64,000 nt of DNA from NCBI GenBank assembly GCA_965207455.1, contig CBDBMJ010000001.1:1632001-1696000 (forward strand), given 5' to 3'. Made by a program: the position numbers and the translations under genes. How positions within the stretch are numbered: the first letter of the stretch is position 1; every line of letters begins with the position of its first letter. Source of the DNA: Bdellovibrionota bacterium (GTDB lineage Bacteria > Bdellovibrionota > UBA1018 > CAIPTA01 > JAALKR01). This document shows positions 54,001-63,279 of the stretch, in pieces. A model generated the notes under the pieces. It made no database searches, had not been told where the DNA came from, and saw nothing but the letters and a program-made list of their open reading frames with translations.

Positions 54001-54661
54001 CTAGTCCATATAGTGACCGGGAATATACGGGCGACTTAGAATAACGACTTGCCTGCTTGTAGTAGTTTAATGCGGTTTGAAAATTTCGTCTCGCAAAATG
54101 ATACTCTCCCAAGTAACGATACGCTTCTGCTGCAAAAGGAGAGCGCTTATAGTTTTTAATTATTTTCTCAAAATAGTAAATTGCTTTTTGTTTATTATTT
54201 AGCTTCCAGTAATTGAAACCTAAATAGTAATAGACTTCTTTAATATTGGAGTGCTTTTTAGTATGGGATAATAGGGCCGTTAATTGCTGGATGGATTTAC
54301 GAAGGAATTGCCTAGATTTATTATAATCTGGCTTAGGTTGATAACGCTTGTTTCGGGAGAGTTTGACTTTTTTAACCCATATTTGATTCTCTTTAAAAAA
54401 GTAGAACTTGTATAGCTCATTATAAATTTTACCCAGTCTCAGGAGTAGATTAATTCTCTCTGATGGTCTTTTTGTGCGAGAAAGGATAATAATCAGCTGA
54501 TTCACTTCCTGCATTCTAATATTATTAATTTTCTTTTCTTTTTCATTGGTTACACTTTGAAATTCCCTGTGGCTATAATTAGCATGAGACGTAACCCCAA
54601 ATAGTATAATAGATAATGAAAAGAAAAATTTAACTACATTCCGATTGTAGAGCAAATACAT
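51074..54661 (-). CDS. GltD/AgmU-like large TPR protein with an extra C-terminal TPR block
   Basis: Signal peptide, TPR arrays, AEAYRYLGEYHF and YLNVIS..WAMEAFFRIAKIY..LLNSPTP; start uncertain. Confidence 0.75.
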   Translation of the reverse strand: MYLLYNRNVVKFFFSLSIILFGVTSHANYSHREFQSVTNEKEKKINNIRMQEVNQLIIILSRTKRPSERINLLLRLGKIYNELYKFYFFKENQIWVKKVKLSRNKRYQPKPDYNKSRQFLRKSIQQLTALLSHTKKHSNIKEVYYYLGFNYWKLNNKQKAIYYFEKIIKNYKRSPFAAEAYRYLGEYHFARRNFQTALNYYKQASRYSKSPVYSRSLYGLAWSQYKRRQYRNAMNSMRKAILIDQRHNQKEALARGIALQGDALDSLALFYSDGGKPANAENYFSSVVPEEKLYYPLGKLLKIYKRQGRYGSALVVSGYLEKLSPGDRENSESERYAILSSSLKLAIQKRNYPKEASVLDSLVKEFSSEETDGSIRESVRTTLRSRAVQAHKIGNKSKKSKRYYRHAINLYRLYLSAYSTEITKEDLHKIHIFLGEIYSKLKWYRRAAEEFSIIAKADNIDKKTKKEALTSLIFSLNKYVDKRKNRTNKNVDKLIKAINLYVSLYPDSPKTIEFLARSAGLLLKQKRMAEYKKKAYFIIKKYPNTPQAVEAATLLIKQAEEDRDWGQVKSLADLYLKTPKLLRYGAKNNLKKKLKDIQKRASFKKIESIEKKKNYAEAAKDYESLALTSKERSFQFKALNNAALNYGKANDEENELRIYKKINKAFPNNIDYAKKILSIYDRKFLTGKYEEACDDYESYFALGENSLKKKKKSIQKLSMGVIQKATLIRLALGQKKRAFSNIKKITKAAYKKINGARGIAEIFIYKKADIHRKEGQVKEAAKNYKQYISIFPNGKYSTMAHFHLGVIYDTFKEKKYARKNWNIIIKRSILNRSADIPYIAQAKLLLLAPLEKIYYGKSLRLPEKRLIRDVELKLKYLGQLKSKYLNVISNSDGKWAMEAFFRIAKIYKHFKEALLNSPTPKNYTEEEKAKFRAQLHSIVKPMDREIAQTLALASKKGASLKVISPIMAKIIIANAVQSPSKNNLPLIETISSWNTKEWILGSKGNVGKFRKILSKNPSNVPALIAVGNYHAIKEETMFAGIFYKQAIKINKSSIPAINNLAFLDARAGDLQNAFVGFQSILNRDILNITIKKNIGRLYKSSALWRRASAIYKKLETQAPDDDEVKLSLALSYLAMGKPHRAYSITDGNFGDGINGDFAEAIYDLAKGKTEDAKDELISLSSKNEYAKLILDFWKE

Positions 54662-56174
54662 ACCCTCCCAACTCATCTGACCAAAATTCACCATTGAAGC
54701 GCCAGAGATATTCATGTTCTGTCACAGAGGGTGCTCCAAGAGAGCCCCGTTTGATCTCTCCAAACTCATCCTTACTTTCATTCACCAAAGAAAGTACCAC
54801 ACTATTCTTTTTGCGGTTTAAAATTTCTAATTTCAAAATATCTGCTTTTTTTATGTTCTTCACTAAGGATTTATATTCCGTATCCAATCGGTTTCGAATG
54901 AAAAAGCCGCCAATGGAGTAAACTGATCTTTTTCTCCAATCCAAAACATCTCCAAGAAAGCCACTGAGCCCATGCCTCGATTTATTTTTTCTTAAAAAAT
55001 TAAGCTCTCTTCTTACATTTAATTCCGATTGGACAATACGAGCAAATCTAGGCGACTGAGCAAATCGACTCATGAACTTTACTAAAGAAGATTGACTGTG
55101 AAATCCCCCCTTCAAACTGCGCACACCTAGATTGTATAAATGACGAATATCTTTAACACTTTCACTAGCTGTTCTGCTTAAAAGCTTTTTCACATTAGAT
55201 TCTAGGGGGTAATACCTACTGGTAAAAGAATTAAGCTCAGTTTCCACATCTTTATACAAGCATAGCTTGAAATAATTAATAGCACGAAGGAGCTCCACAT
55301 CGGAATTTAAAAACCAATCCAGTGCAGGTGCCTTGTAGGTCACTAATTTTCCTAAAGCATGGTTGTACTTTTTTTGAGCCACATAGTTCCATGCGCGCTC
55401 ATATAAAACCTGGGGCCATACAATACTGTTGATGTCGATTCGTGAATACCAAACATCCGCACTTTCATAATCTCTATTTTGATAATGGGAGCGAGCTGCA
55501 CCAGCTAAACACCGGTTGTACAGATCAGAACTCTCCTTAGAGGAATAAAGACTTTTTAATCCCTTCTTATAACGACCACTAAATACGGTTCGAGCACAAC
55601 CAACAAACTTATCCACAGCCTCATCTGGCTGCTTATCTAAAGCAAAGGCTGTGCCTTGAAGAAATAAGAGTTGAGGGTATAGGGCAAAGTCGTCACTTAT
55701 TTTATCTATAACGAGAAGTGCCGCAGCACCTCTTCCCTTTAATACATGATCTTTAGCCAAATAGTAAAGATAGTAATCCCTATCTGTTCTCGAGTATTGT
55801 TTTAAATGAGTATATTTCAACAGATATTTTTTAAATAAAGAACCTCCGATATTTTGAATAAGAGGTTTTGTGGATCGCAAGGCCACCTCAATGGCATCAT
55901 CGGATCCAGAACCAAGAGTTTTTAAGTAAAAATAACTGGCAGACTCATATAAACCCCGGGCAGTGAGTGCTGATGTGATAAAAGCGTAAGCCATGGCTTT
56001 TTGTCTCCCCCTGCCTCCAAGGGAGGCTTGAAAAAAATAACGGGCAGCTTTGTAATGCTCTCCATTCTGCAAAACGGATCGCCCTTTCTTCATATTACTT
56101 CGATATTTAGACACTGCCTCCGATGCAGTGGAGGAGAGTAGGAATATGCATGGGATAAGTATTCGAAGCACCAT
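54630..56174 (-). CDS. GltC-like TPR gliding protein
   Basis: YERAWNY..ALGKL..YFKLCLY and C-terminal EYLWRFNGEFWSDELGGYVFALQSEC. Confidence 0.85.
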   Translation of the reverse strand: MVLRILIPCIFLLSSTASEAVSKYRSNMKKGRSVLQNGEHYKAARYFFQASLGGRGRQKAMAYAFITSALTARGLYESASYFYLKTLGSGSDDAIEVALRSTKPLIQNIGGSLFKKYLLKYTHLKQYSRTDRDYYLYYLAKDHVLKGRGAAALLVIDKISDDFALYPQLLFLQGTAFALDKQPDEAVDKFVGCARTVFSGRYKKGLKSLYSSKESSDLYNRCLAGAARSHYQNRDYESADVWYSRIDINSIVWPQVLYERAWNYVAQKKYNHALGKLVTYKAPALDWFLNSDVELLRAINYFKLCLYKDVETELNSFTSRYYPLESNVKKLLSRTASESVKDIRHLYNLGVRSLKGGFHSQSSLVKFMSRFAQSPRFARIVQSELNVRRELNFLRKNKSRHGLSGFLGDVLDWRKRSVYSIGGFFIRNRLDTEYKSLVKNIKKADILKLEILNRKKNSVVLSLVNESKDEFGEIKRGSLGAPSVTEHEYLWRFNGEFWSDELGGYVFALQSECS

Positions 56175-56179
56175 ATTTT

Positions 56180-56896
56180 TTATAAATGAACAGCTAAGCC
56201 TAGTGTGGCTTGGTATTCAGTCCTCCATTTCTTTTCTGGATCCTTTATTACGCCTTTCGAAAAATCTGGTGCTTGGTACAAAGAGATAAGTCCATCGAGG
56301 CGAAGAGCAAATCTGCGAGAAAGAAAAAATTTCCAACCAGAGCCTAGCAAAAAAGCAGTGTAGGAATATTCCTTATACGCATTATCATCATCATTAGCTT
56401 CGAATTTCGTATTTACTTTTTCTGTGAGTTCTGCCACCCCCATCTCTAAATGCCAGTCCACATATAGAATAGTATTGAAAAAATTAAATTTTCCATAGAA
56501 GGGTAGCCATTGAAGGGTGCCACCAAGAATACGGGTCACTGCTCGTATGTTCGGAACATACGATGGTGTTACTTCAGAACCTTTTAAATTTTGATAAGTC
56601 TGATTATCTACATTTTTTTGAGTAATACCAATAAAAGAAATACCCCACTGCTCACTAAAGTAGTATGTTCCCCTACCCTGATATATGGTGTTATCAAGAA
56701 ATATTTGTTTAAAATTTCTCCCCAAACTGGCAGCAAATTCAAATTTTCCTTCTTTTAAATATTTTCGGTTTTGGATAACATAGATTTTTTTATCCGGGTC
56801 TAACCAAGAAAAATCATACTCCGCTAAAGAAGAACGCCCAAAAACACTTGGCGTAATTACCAGTGAAGAAAGTAGTAAAATAAGAAGTATACGCAT
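56180..56896 (-). CDS. GltA/GltB-like outer-membrane beta-barrel
   Basis: Signal peptide, IYVIQNRKYLKEGKFE, WLPFYGKFNFF; first gene of the glt cluster. Confidence 0.8.
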   Translation of the reverse strand: MRILLILLLSSLVITPSVFGRSSLAEYDFSWLDPDKKIYVIQNRKYLKEGKFEFAASLGRNFKQIFLDNTIYQGRGTYYFSEQWGISFIGITQKNVDNQTYQNLKGSEVTPSYVPNIRAVTRILGGTLQWLPFYGKFNFFNTILYVDWHLEMGVAELTEKVNTKFEANDDDNAYKEYSYTAFLLGSGWKFFLSRRFALRLDGLISLYQAPDFSKGVIKDPEKKWRTEYQATLGLAVHL

Positions 56897-56963
56897 ACTA
56901 TGCCTCCTGTTAGCTTCGCCCATGTTTCCCCCCCAATAATCACGGAAACATAAAGACCAGTGA

Positions 56964-59900
56964 TTAAGAAAAGTTTAACATAAAATTGCGTCCAGTTGGG
57001 CAATAGGATATGTATGGACAGTCGGTACACGCTTGCGTGTCTTTAGGAAATTGCCTGAGGGAAGGGGCTTTTCGTTGCTCCCTAATGGCTTGTTGCTCTT
57101 CTATGCCCCATTCCTTGGATCTTGAGATACTCTCCAATGTCCCCGTCAATAAATTTACTATATAACCCTGAATGGAAACATTTTTCTCTTTTTGTTGCTC
57201 TAAATATTGAGCAAGAGCTTCCATATAACCCTGCATTTGAAAGGTATACTGGCGACTCGCTTTTTGCTCTGTAACTTTATAATCAGCAATAATCCACTCC
57301 TTAGGAGACAGGCGCACGATCCTGTCCACCGTGCCCTTAACCTGCTGGCTACCCCTCTTCCATAAAAAGGGGATTTCTGGAAAGGAATCATATTGGGGAG
57401 AGAAAAGCTTTCTCCCTAATTCGGAGTCCATAAATTGGGTGAGGAGAACAATATCAAGGCGAATGAGCTCTTTTAGTTCGGGTATACAGGGAATCCCCTG
57501 ACTTCCATAGGATTGCTCCAACCACTGTTCCCAAGTTTTCTCGCAAGGCTTAGTCGTTTGCTCTAAAACCTTGTGAATGGCAATACCTCGTATCTTGTTC
57601 GTAACACCTAGAATTTTAAATATACCACTCAGGGAAGGGCTTTGTTTGGGCACACTTGCTTCCCAAAAGCTTAGGGCTTTGTGGCTCCAGCCCTGAATAA
57701 ATTTCAAACGATGAAATTCTGGACAAAAAATGTATGAAGCTAGCTCAGTGGTGGTATACGCTTCAAACGTGGGAGGAGCTTCTAGTATGGGTTCTTCTGT
57801 AATTTCATGATCGAGTGTTTCTCTTGAAAAAGAAAGTTTCTCTTTTAAAAATTCTTCGGCAGGAATTTTTCTTGCTGAATCTTTAAAGTCGGTTCCGTGT
57901 AGCCAAGCACTCCATGAATCTTTTGTTTTCCCTGCCTTCGAAGGAGGCGGCAGTGGAGGGAGAATACAATACAGCTCTTTCTCCGCTCTTGTGGTTGCCA
58001 CATAAAGCAGACGTTTTTTCTCTGCAATATCTCGCTCCTTAATTTCAGCACCCAAATTTTTATACGACTCAGGCATGGAAAATTCTCCACCATGCTCCCT
58101 CACCTTTACAGCAAGAGCAACACCCGGCTCATAGCGAACAATAGAGGATTCCATGCGGATGCTTGTGTCTAAATCGGGCAAAATAGTGATAGGAAACTCC
58201 AAGCCCTTGGCACCATGAATGGTGAAAATCTGTACCGCATCACCCATGCCAGTGATCTCTGGAATCGTACTCTCCCTTTGAGCATCATCTTCCCTACCCC
58301 ATCCCGTGTATGAACTGATTTGCTCCAAAAGTTTGGAGGGGGAGGATGTGTTTTTTTCTAAATTCTCTATCAGAGAAATTAATTTTTCTACCTGGGAGCG
58401 GTGGTTAAAATATTCCATTTGAGGATACTTTTTATAGGCAATTTGTAAAATAGTGGAAGGCTTTTCATATAAGGATTTTTGTTGCAATTCAAAAAGCCAA
58501 GGCTGTATTTCTTTTAGCACTTCCCATGGCGGACGCTTAATGTGGGAATGAATCTCTGTAGCATTAAGCTGGCACCAGGGAGATCGCAGGAGAGCTAGAA
58601 AGGCTAGGGTATTGCTGGGAGAGTACAGAACGCGAAGAAGCGAAATACCATCAATAATACTTTGTCGATGAAATAGGGAGCCTTGACTTCCCATAACGAA
58701 CGGAATGTTTTCTTTTTCCAAAGCCTTCGTATAGGCTTCATTTCCCTTGAGCCGCTGAAAAAGAATCGCAATGGAAGCTAAATTTTTACCTTGAGCATGC
58801 AATTTTTTTATTAGTTTACATAAAATTTCCCCTTCTTTTTCTTTCTTTTCTTGGGCATTACCTCCCTCATAAGTGAGCAGGTATACGGGGTCTAAGGGCT
58901 TATGGTGGGCAGATATTTCTGATGCCTGAGCCTCAAATTTTTTTTCTTCGTTCTCTGATGAAAATATGGATTTGCAAAGAATATTTCCAAAAGACACAAT
59001 ATTTTCTTGGCTTCGATAATTGGTATTCAAGGAACGCACAATACCTTTCTGGAGAGCTGTTTTTTTGAGATTTTGGAATACACTCACATCAGCAGCACGA
59101 AAACGATAAATAGATTGCTTGGCATCTCCAACCACAAAAATATTTTTTAGACCGGGCTGGGCAATGGACTCCAATAGACTCCGCTGTACAGAGTTGGTGT
59201 CCTGAAACTCATCCACCAGTATGGATTTATATTTTTTTTGATAGAAATTTCTACATTCAATATTTTTTAGACAATTATGGGCCAGACGCTCCAGATCGTT
59301 TTTATCCATACGAGCAGGTTTTGTTTTTAACTGATCGAAGATTCTGCAGAATTCATCAAACAGTAGGAGTATATTATTTATAATACTTTTGTGTTCTGAC
59401 TCTATCTCAGAGGATAGGTCATGGATCTTTCGATCAAAATCCAGTAAAGATCGTTTTTCCAGTAAATTACGTAAAATATCCTCTAGATTTTTTCGAGAGT
59501 AATGGGCTTTTGTGAGTGGAGTGAGGGTGTGGGAAAGTTCTGGCTGAGTGAAAAGTTCCACAATGGCTTCTTCTCGTAGATTTCTTTCCTCCGTTTCACT
59601 TAAAATTTCCGCAAAAGGCATATGGTGAAACTCTTGGAGTATTTTGCGGTTAAAACCATGAATTGTGCTTATATTTTTTAACGCCGCAGACACAATAGAA
59701 GGATTGTATTTTTCACTCAATAACTCTGATACTCGAGCCCGTATTTCTTTGGCCGATTTTTCTGTAAACGATAGGGCAAGAATTTGGTTCACAGCCGTAT
59801 GAAGGTTTGTTTTCTTTTCAAGCGCTTCCAGCGTTCTTTGGTAACGCTCTATTAGTATTGTGGTTTTCCCACTCCCTGCTGATGCCTCTAGAAAAACTAA

Positions 59901-62819
59901 TTTATTGGTGGTCTCCAGTGCTTCCTCCTGTTCAGGACTAAATTGCTTGGGAGAGGGAGAGGCTTTAGGAGGAATTGCTGGCGGCTGTAAGGGAATTTGT
60001 GAAAAATTTCCAACAGAAAAGGAGGTGGGAGCAATGGTGTTTTCTCGAATACGGCAGGCTGGGCGAACGTAGCAAGTGGAGCATTTACTCCTGTCATCTG
60101 GTCGCACTCCATAATCACCCGAAAGTATGGCATCACTCCTGCTCAGGATCTCTTCCTGAGCTTTCTCTCGAGTCTCAAGGAAACGATCTTCTTCTAAAAG
60201 CGAACCTGCTCTTGGTCCTAATTTATAATAACTCAGTCCCGTGCTGTCTTTTGTTTTATTGTGCTTTTTTTGGAGTATACCTTGATTTCGTTGACCATCC
60301 TTCAAAGATAAATAGTAAGCCCCTACGCAAGACTTTTCCAAAGATTTCTCCATAGCATCCATATAAATAGGCAATTGCAAAACTTTGTGGGATAGAACGT
60401 CTCTAGTAGATGGCGTAGTGCTTAATTTATAGTCCACGATAATAATGTTTTTAGACTGGGAGTCCACATCTATTCTATCTATTTTTCCCTTTAAGGGAAT
60501 ATTATTAAGCATGATGGAAAAATTTTCTTCACAAAGATGGGTATCCAGTTGAGGATGCTCTTCCAAATAATCCAGCTCTTTTTGTAAAAAATTTAAAAAT
60601 TGATTTTCTAATCTCGAAAACTCCAGTTGGTAGAGATTTTCTCCTCCCTTGTAATATTGTAATTTTATATCTTTTTTTGCAGATTCAAGGCAAGCTTTAG
60701 CAAAATCCTTCCAATCTTTTTTTCCTTTTCCTTCCGGAAAAAATAACTCCAAAGCACGATGGAGTAGCATACCTGTCTCTATGGGAGATAAATCCAAGGT
60801 ACTATTTTTTATCTTGTCTTCTGCATACCAAGTTCTTTCCACCAAAGTGCGGAATGGACACTTTAACCAAGAGTCCAGTGTGGAAGGACTTAGCTGAGAG
60901 GGAACTGCATCGGGAAGGGAAAAATCCCTATCAACTACAGGTGGAAGAATTTTTGGAAAAAGAAAATCAGTGGCAGGCCAAGGATAGGCAACTGTGGGAA
61001 TTAATTTTAAAGCATACGTTAAACTTTGCTCCTTTCCCTTTTCATCCAAATGGGAATGGGAAAATATACCCTTTCCAGCGCTTGCATTTTGAAACCAATG
61101 GAGGAAATCTTGATCCTTATAATTAACTAGCCCCCATCCCGCAAGCAGCGTTCGATCTTTTTCTGGCGTTAGAAAATGGGACTGATCCTTTGGCTCCCAA
61201 GCATTTGTACAATTTAAGAACAGGCGTATCTCTTCCTTCGTTTGAGGAGGGAGCCACTCTCCAGGAGCAAAGCAGTGGTGGTTAGCGGAATAGGAACTAG
61301 GACTGTGATTCAAAGTTAAAATTTCCTGAAGCTCCTCTAACCATACCTCCAATGAAACTTCCGCCTTTGTTTCCGAAGAAAGCAAGTCCATACTGGAAAA
61401 TAGCGCCGTAAATGCATGGTGAACATTTTGTTCCTCCTCAGGAGGGTTTTGGATAAGCTCCGTGAGTGTTATATATCGATAGAAATTATGAAAGGCAGTG
61501 GTAAACTCAGTCGATGTTCCTTTCTCAGGAAAACAAGAACCTAAGGATTTTAATTCTTTTACAAAAGTAGATACAATGGGGAGCTTTTTTGTTTTCGCAA
61601 GATTCTCCCATTGATCCATACCCCGGATAATTCCACTTTCTAAAGCAAGGGGAGGGATTGTAAGAAAATCAGAGTTCTTTCGGGTCGTAGCCAGCAGGCG
61701 TGCAAAATCTAAAGCATTATCCACAAGATAGTTTTTTGTGAGAAGACAGAGGCTTTGAATAATCAATCGTAATAACTCGGATTCCAATATATTATTTACC
61801 GGCATTCCCAAGACGTGGGGGGTGTCCAACGTGGATAAAAATGCATCTTTCCGATTACCTGTGAAAAAATCTGGAGGAGAAATGATTTGTGCCACCTTAT
61901 CTTTTAAGAAATATGCGCTGGCTCTAGCTTCCTCCATAGGTGTTTGAGCAGATAGTAGGGAATAGGCTGCCTGCTTTGTTGGAGATGCTTGTTCAGTGGA
62001 GTGAATTTTCAAATCTACTCCATTGGCGTGGAGTAAGCTCAAGCTATGCAAGGTGGATCGACTCTCAAGCCCAGATAAATCACTAAGGACATGCTCTATT
62101 TCTTCCATGGAAGCAGCAAGAGGAAGGAACACAGCAGTGGACTTGGAAAGGGAGCGAATGAAATCTATTTCCAGTGGAGAGATTTTCTCAAACCCCAGTA
62201 AAAAAACACTCTGAGAAACACTGTGCTCTTTTATAATATCTAGGGCTGCGGGTAGGTCGCAATACCCGGTGTTTTTCAAACCCTTTTCCCATGCCAATAG
62301 GATTGTCCATAAATCTTTTTGAGTTTCTACTTTGGATCCGTCGGAAGTAATTTGATCGTATAGATTTTCCGTGAAAAACCCAGCCATTCGAAACTCATCT
62401 ATACAATCCAAAATTGTATGAAAAAATAATTGCTCCTTCCAAAGATTGGATATAGTGGGAAGTAGTCCCTGTCGATCCAGCTGTGTTAAAAGAATCCTAA
62501 GGTATTCTCTTTTTGTGGCAGTATGAATGGTGTGAAAAGGAAGTTCCTTATCCAAACAAATTTTTTGAGCCAAGTCTTTAATCCACTCATCCCATTGCCA
62601 AATCCTTTTTCCAAACAGTATGGGATCTTTTAATAATTTTTGATGGATATAGTGACTGCCGGCAGGTCCAATATGAGGACCAAGGCAAAGAGGTGCGTTC
62701 CTCTTTTCCAAAGTAGCGTGCTCATCCATAAAAACCCGCGCTTCTTGAAAAGCAACGGACCAATCCGCACCCGCAGGGAAAATATGAAGTCCCGGTTCTT
62801 TTTTAACTGTTGCGCTCAT
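56964..62819 (-). CDS. Fused AddB-AddA-like helicase/nuclease (PD-(D/E)XK - UvrD - PD-(D/E)XK)
   Basis: LSPSTL..CPF..GKIDRID..DYK..CSTCYVRPAC; ASAGSGKT, LVDEFQDTN, VGDAKQSIYRFR, TIHGAKGLEF, YVATTRA; FCPE..GTVDRI..DYK..CTDCPYISYC. Confidence 0.9.
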   Translation of the reverse strand: MSATVKKEPGLHIFPAGADWSVAFQEARVFMDEHATLEKRNAPLCLGPHIGPAGSHYIHQKLLKDPILFGKRIWQWDEWIKDLAQKICLDKELPFHTIHTATKREYLRILLTQLDRQGLLPTISNLWKEQLFFHTILDCIDEFRMAGFFTENLYDQITSDGSKVETQKDLWTILLAWEKGLKNTGYCDLPAALDIIKEHSVSQSVFLLGFEKISPLEIDFIRSLSKSTAVFLPLAASMEEIEHVLSDLSGLESRSTLHSLSLLHANGVDLKIHSTEQASPTKQAAYSLLSAQTPMEEARASAYFLKDKVAQIISPPDFFTGNRKDAFLSTLDTPHVLGMPVNNILESELLRLIIQSLCLLTKNYLVDNALDFARLLATTRKNSDFLTIPPLALESGIIRGMDQWENLAKTKKLPIVSTFVKELKSLGSCFPEKGTSTEFTTAFHNFYRYITLTELIQNPPEEEQNVHHAFTALFSSMDLLSSETKAEVSLEVWLEELQEILTLNHSPSSYSANHHCFAPGEWLPPQTKEEIRLFLNCTNAWEPKDQSHFLTPEKDRTLLAGWGLVNYKDQDFLHWFQNASAGKGIFSHSHLDEKGKEQSLTYALKLIPTVAYPWPATDFLFPKILPPVVDRDFSLPDAVPSQLSPSTLDSWLKCPFRTLVERTWYAEDKIKNSTLDLSPIETGMLLHRALELFFPEGKGKKDWKDFAKACLESAKKDIKLQYYKGGENLYQLEFSRLENQFLNFLQKELDYLEEHPQLDTHLCEENFSIMLNNIPLKGKIDRIDVDSQSKNIIIVDYKLSTTPSTRDVLSHKVLQLPIYMDAMEKSLEKSCVGAYYLSLKDGQRNQGILQKKHNKTKDSTGLSYYKLGPRAGSLLEEDRFLETREKAQEEILSRSDAILSGDYGVRPDDRSKCSTCYVRPACRIRENTIAPTSFSVGNFSQIPLQPPAIPPKASPSPKQFSPEQEEALETTNKLVFLEASAGSGKTTILIERYQRTLEALEKKTNLHTAVNQILALSFTEKSAKEIRARVSELLSEKYNPSIVSAALKNISTIHGFNRKILQEFHHMPFAEILSETEERNLREEAIVELFTQPELSHTLTPLTKAHYSRKNLEDILRNLLEKRSLLDFDRKIHDLSSEIESEHKSIINNILLLFDEFCRIFDQLKTKPARMDKNDLERLAHNCLKNIECRNFYQKKYKSILVDEFQDTNSVQRSLLESIAQPGLKNIFVVGDAKQSIYRFRAADVSVFQNLKKTALQKGIVRSLNTNYRSQENIVSFGNILCKSIFSSENEEKKFEAQASEISAHHKPLDPVYLLTYEGGNAQEKKEKEGEILCKLIKKLHAQGKNLASIAILFQRLKGNEAYTKALEKENIPFVMGSQGSLFHRQSIIDGISLLRVLYSPSNTLAFLALLRSPWCQLNATEIHSHIKRPPWEVLKEIQPWLFELQQKSLYEKPSTILQIAYKKYPQMEYFNHRSQVEKLISLIENLEKNTSSPSKLLEQISSYTGWGREDDAQRESTIPEITGMGDAVQIFTIHGAKGLEFPITILPDLDTSIRMESSIVRYEPGVALAVKVREHGGEFSMPESYKNLGAEIKERDIAEKKRLLYVATTRAEKELYCILPPLPPPSKAGKTKDSWSAWLHGTDFKDSARKIPAEEFLKEKLSFSRETLDHEITEEPILEAPPTFEAYTTTELASYIFCPEFHRLKFIQGWSHKALSFWEASVPKQSPSLSGIFKILGVTNKIRGIAIHKVLEQTTKPCEKTWEQWLEQSYGSQGIPCIPELKELIRLDIVLLTQFMDSELGRKLFSPQYDSFPEIPFLWKRGSQQVKGTVDRIVRLSPKEWIIADYKVTEQKASRQYTFQMQGYMEALAQYLEQQKEKNVSIQGYIVNLLTGTLESISRSKEWGIEEQQAIREQRKAPSLRQFPKDTQACTDCPYISYCPTGRNFMLNFS

Positions 62820-63279
62820 AAAGAAAGTTCGTGTAGCTTGGGGAGCCGGTAATTTTCTCTTCCTCTACCTTGGAAAAATCTCCCATGGGGAACTCAGGGA
62901 AAATAGCATCGCCATTCACTTCCATATCAATAATAGTGAGATAAATACGCTCGGCCCTGGGCAGAGCCTCTCGGTATAATTGCTCTCCTCCTCCGATAAA
63001 AATTTCCTTTTCCGATGGAGAGGAAAGCTCCAATGCCTGGCTAAGGCTGGAAGCTAGTTCACACCCCGGAGCTTCATAATTGGCATTGCGAGTAACGATA
63101 ATATTCCTTCGATGAGGAAGGGGACGACCAATGGACTCGTATGTTTTTCGTCCCCAAATAATCGTATGGTGAAGAGTGATTTTGCGAAATCGCGCTTGCT
63201 CCTCAGGAATATGCCAAGGAATGGTATTTCCCTTTCCAATAGTGCGATTTTTAGCCATGGCTACAATTAAAGAAATCAT
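62803..63279 (-). CDS. folA: Dihydrofolate reductase
   Basis: MISLIVAMAKNRTIG..IPW, GRKTYESIGRPLPHRRNIIVTR, IGGGEQLY and GDAIFP. Confidence 0.96.
   Translation of the reverse strand: MISLIVAMAKNRTIGKGNTIPWHIPEEQARFRKITLHHTIIWGRKTYESIGRPLPHRRNIIVTRNANYEAPGCELASSLSQALELSSPSEKEIFIGGGEQLYREALPRAERIYLTIIDMEVNGDAIFPEFPMGDFSKVEEEKITGSPSYTNFLYERNS

Noticed and set aside
56964..62819. Cas4 or CRISPR association of the Fe-S-type nucleases
   Set aside because: Both nucleases are part of an AddAB-type helicase-nuclease; no CRISPR array or cas genes are seen in the window.
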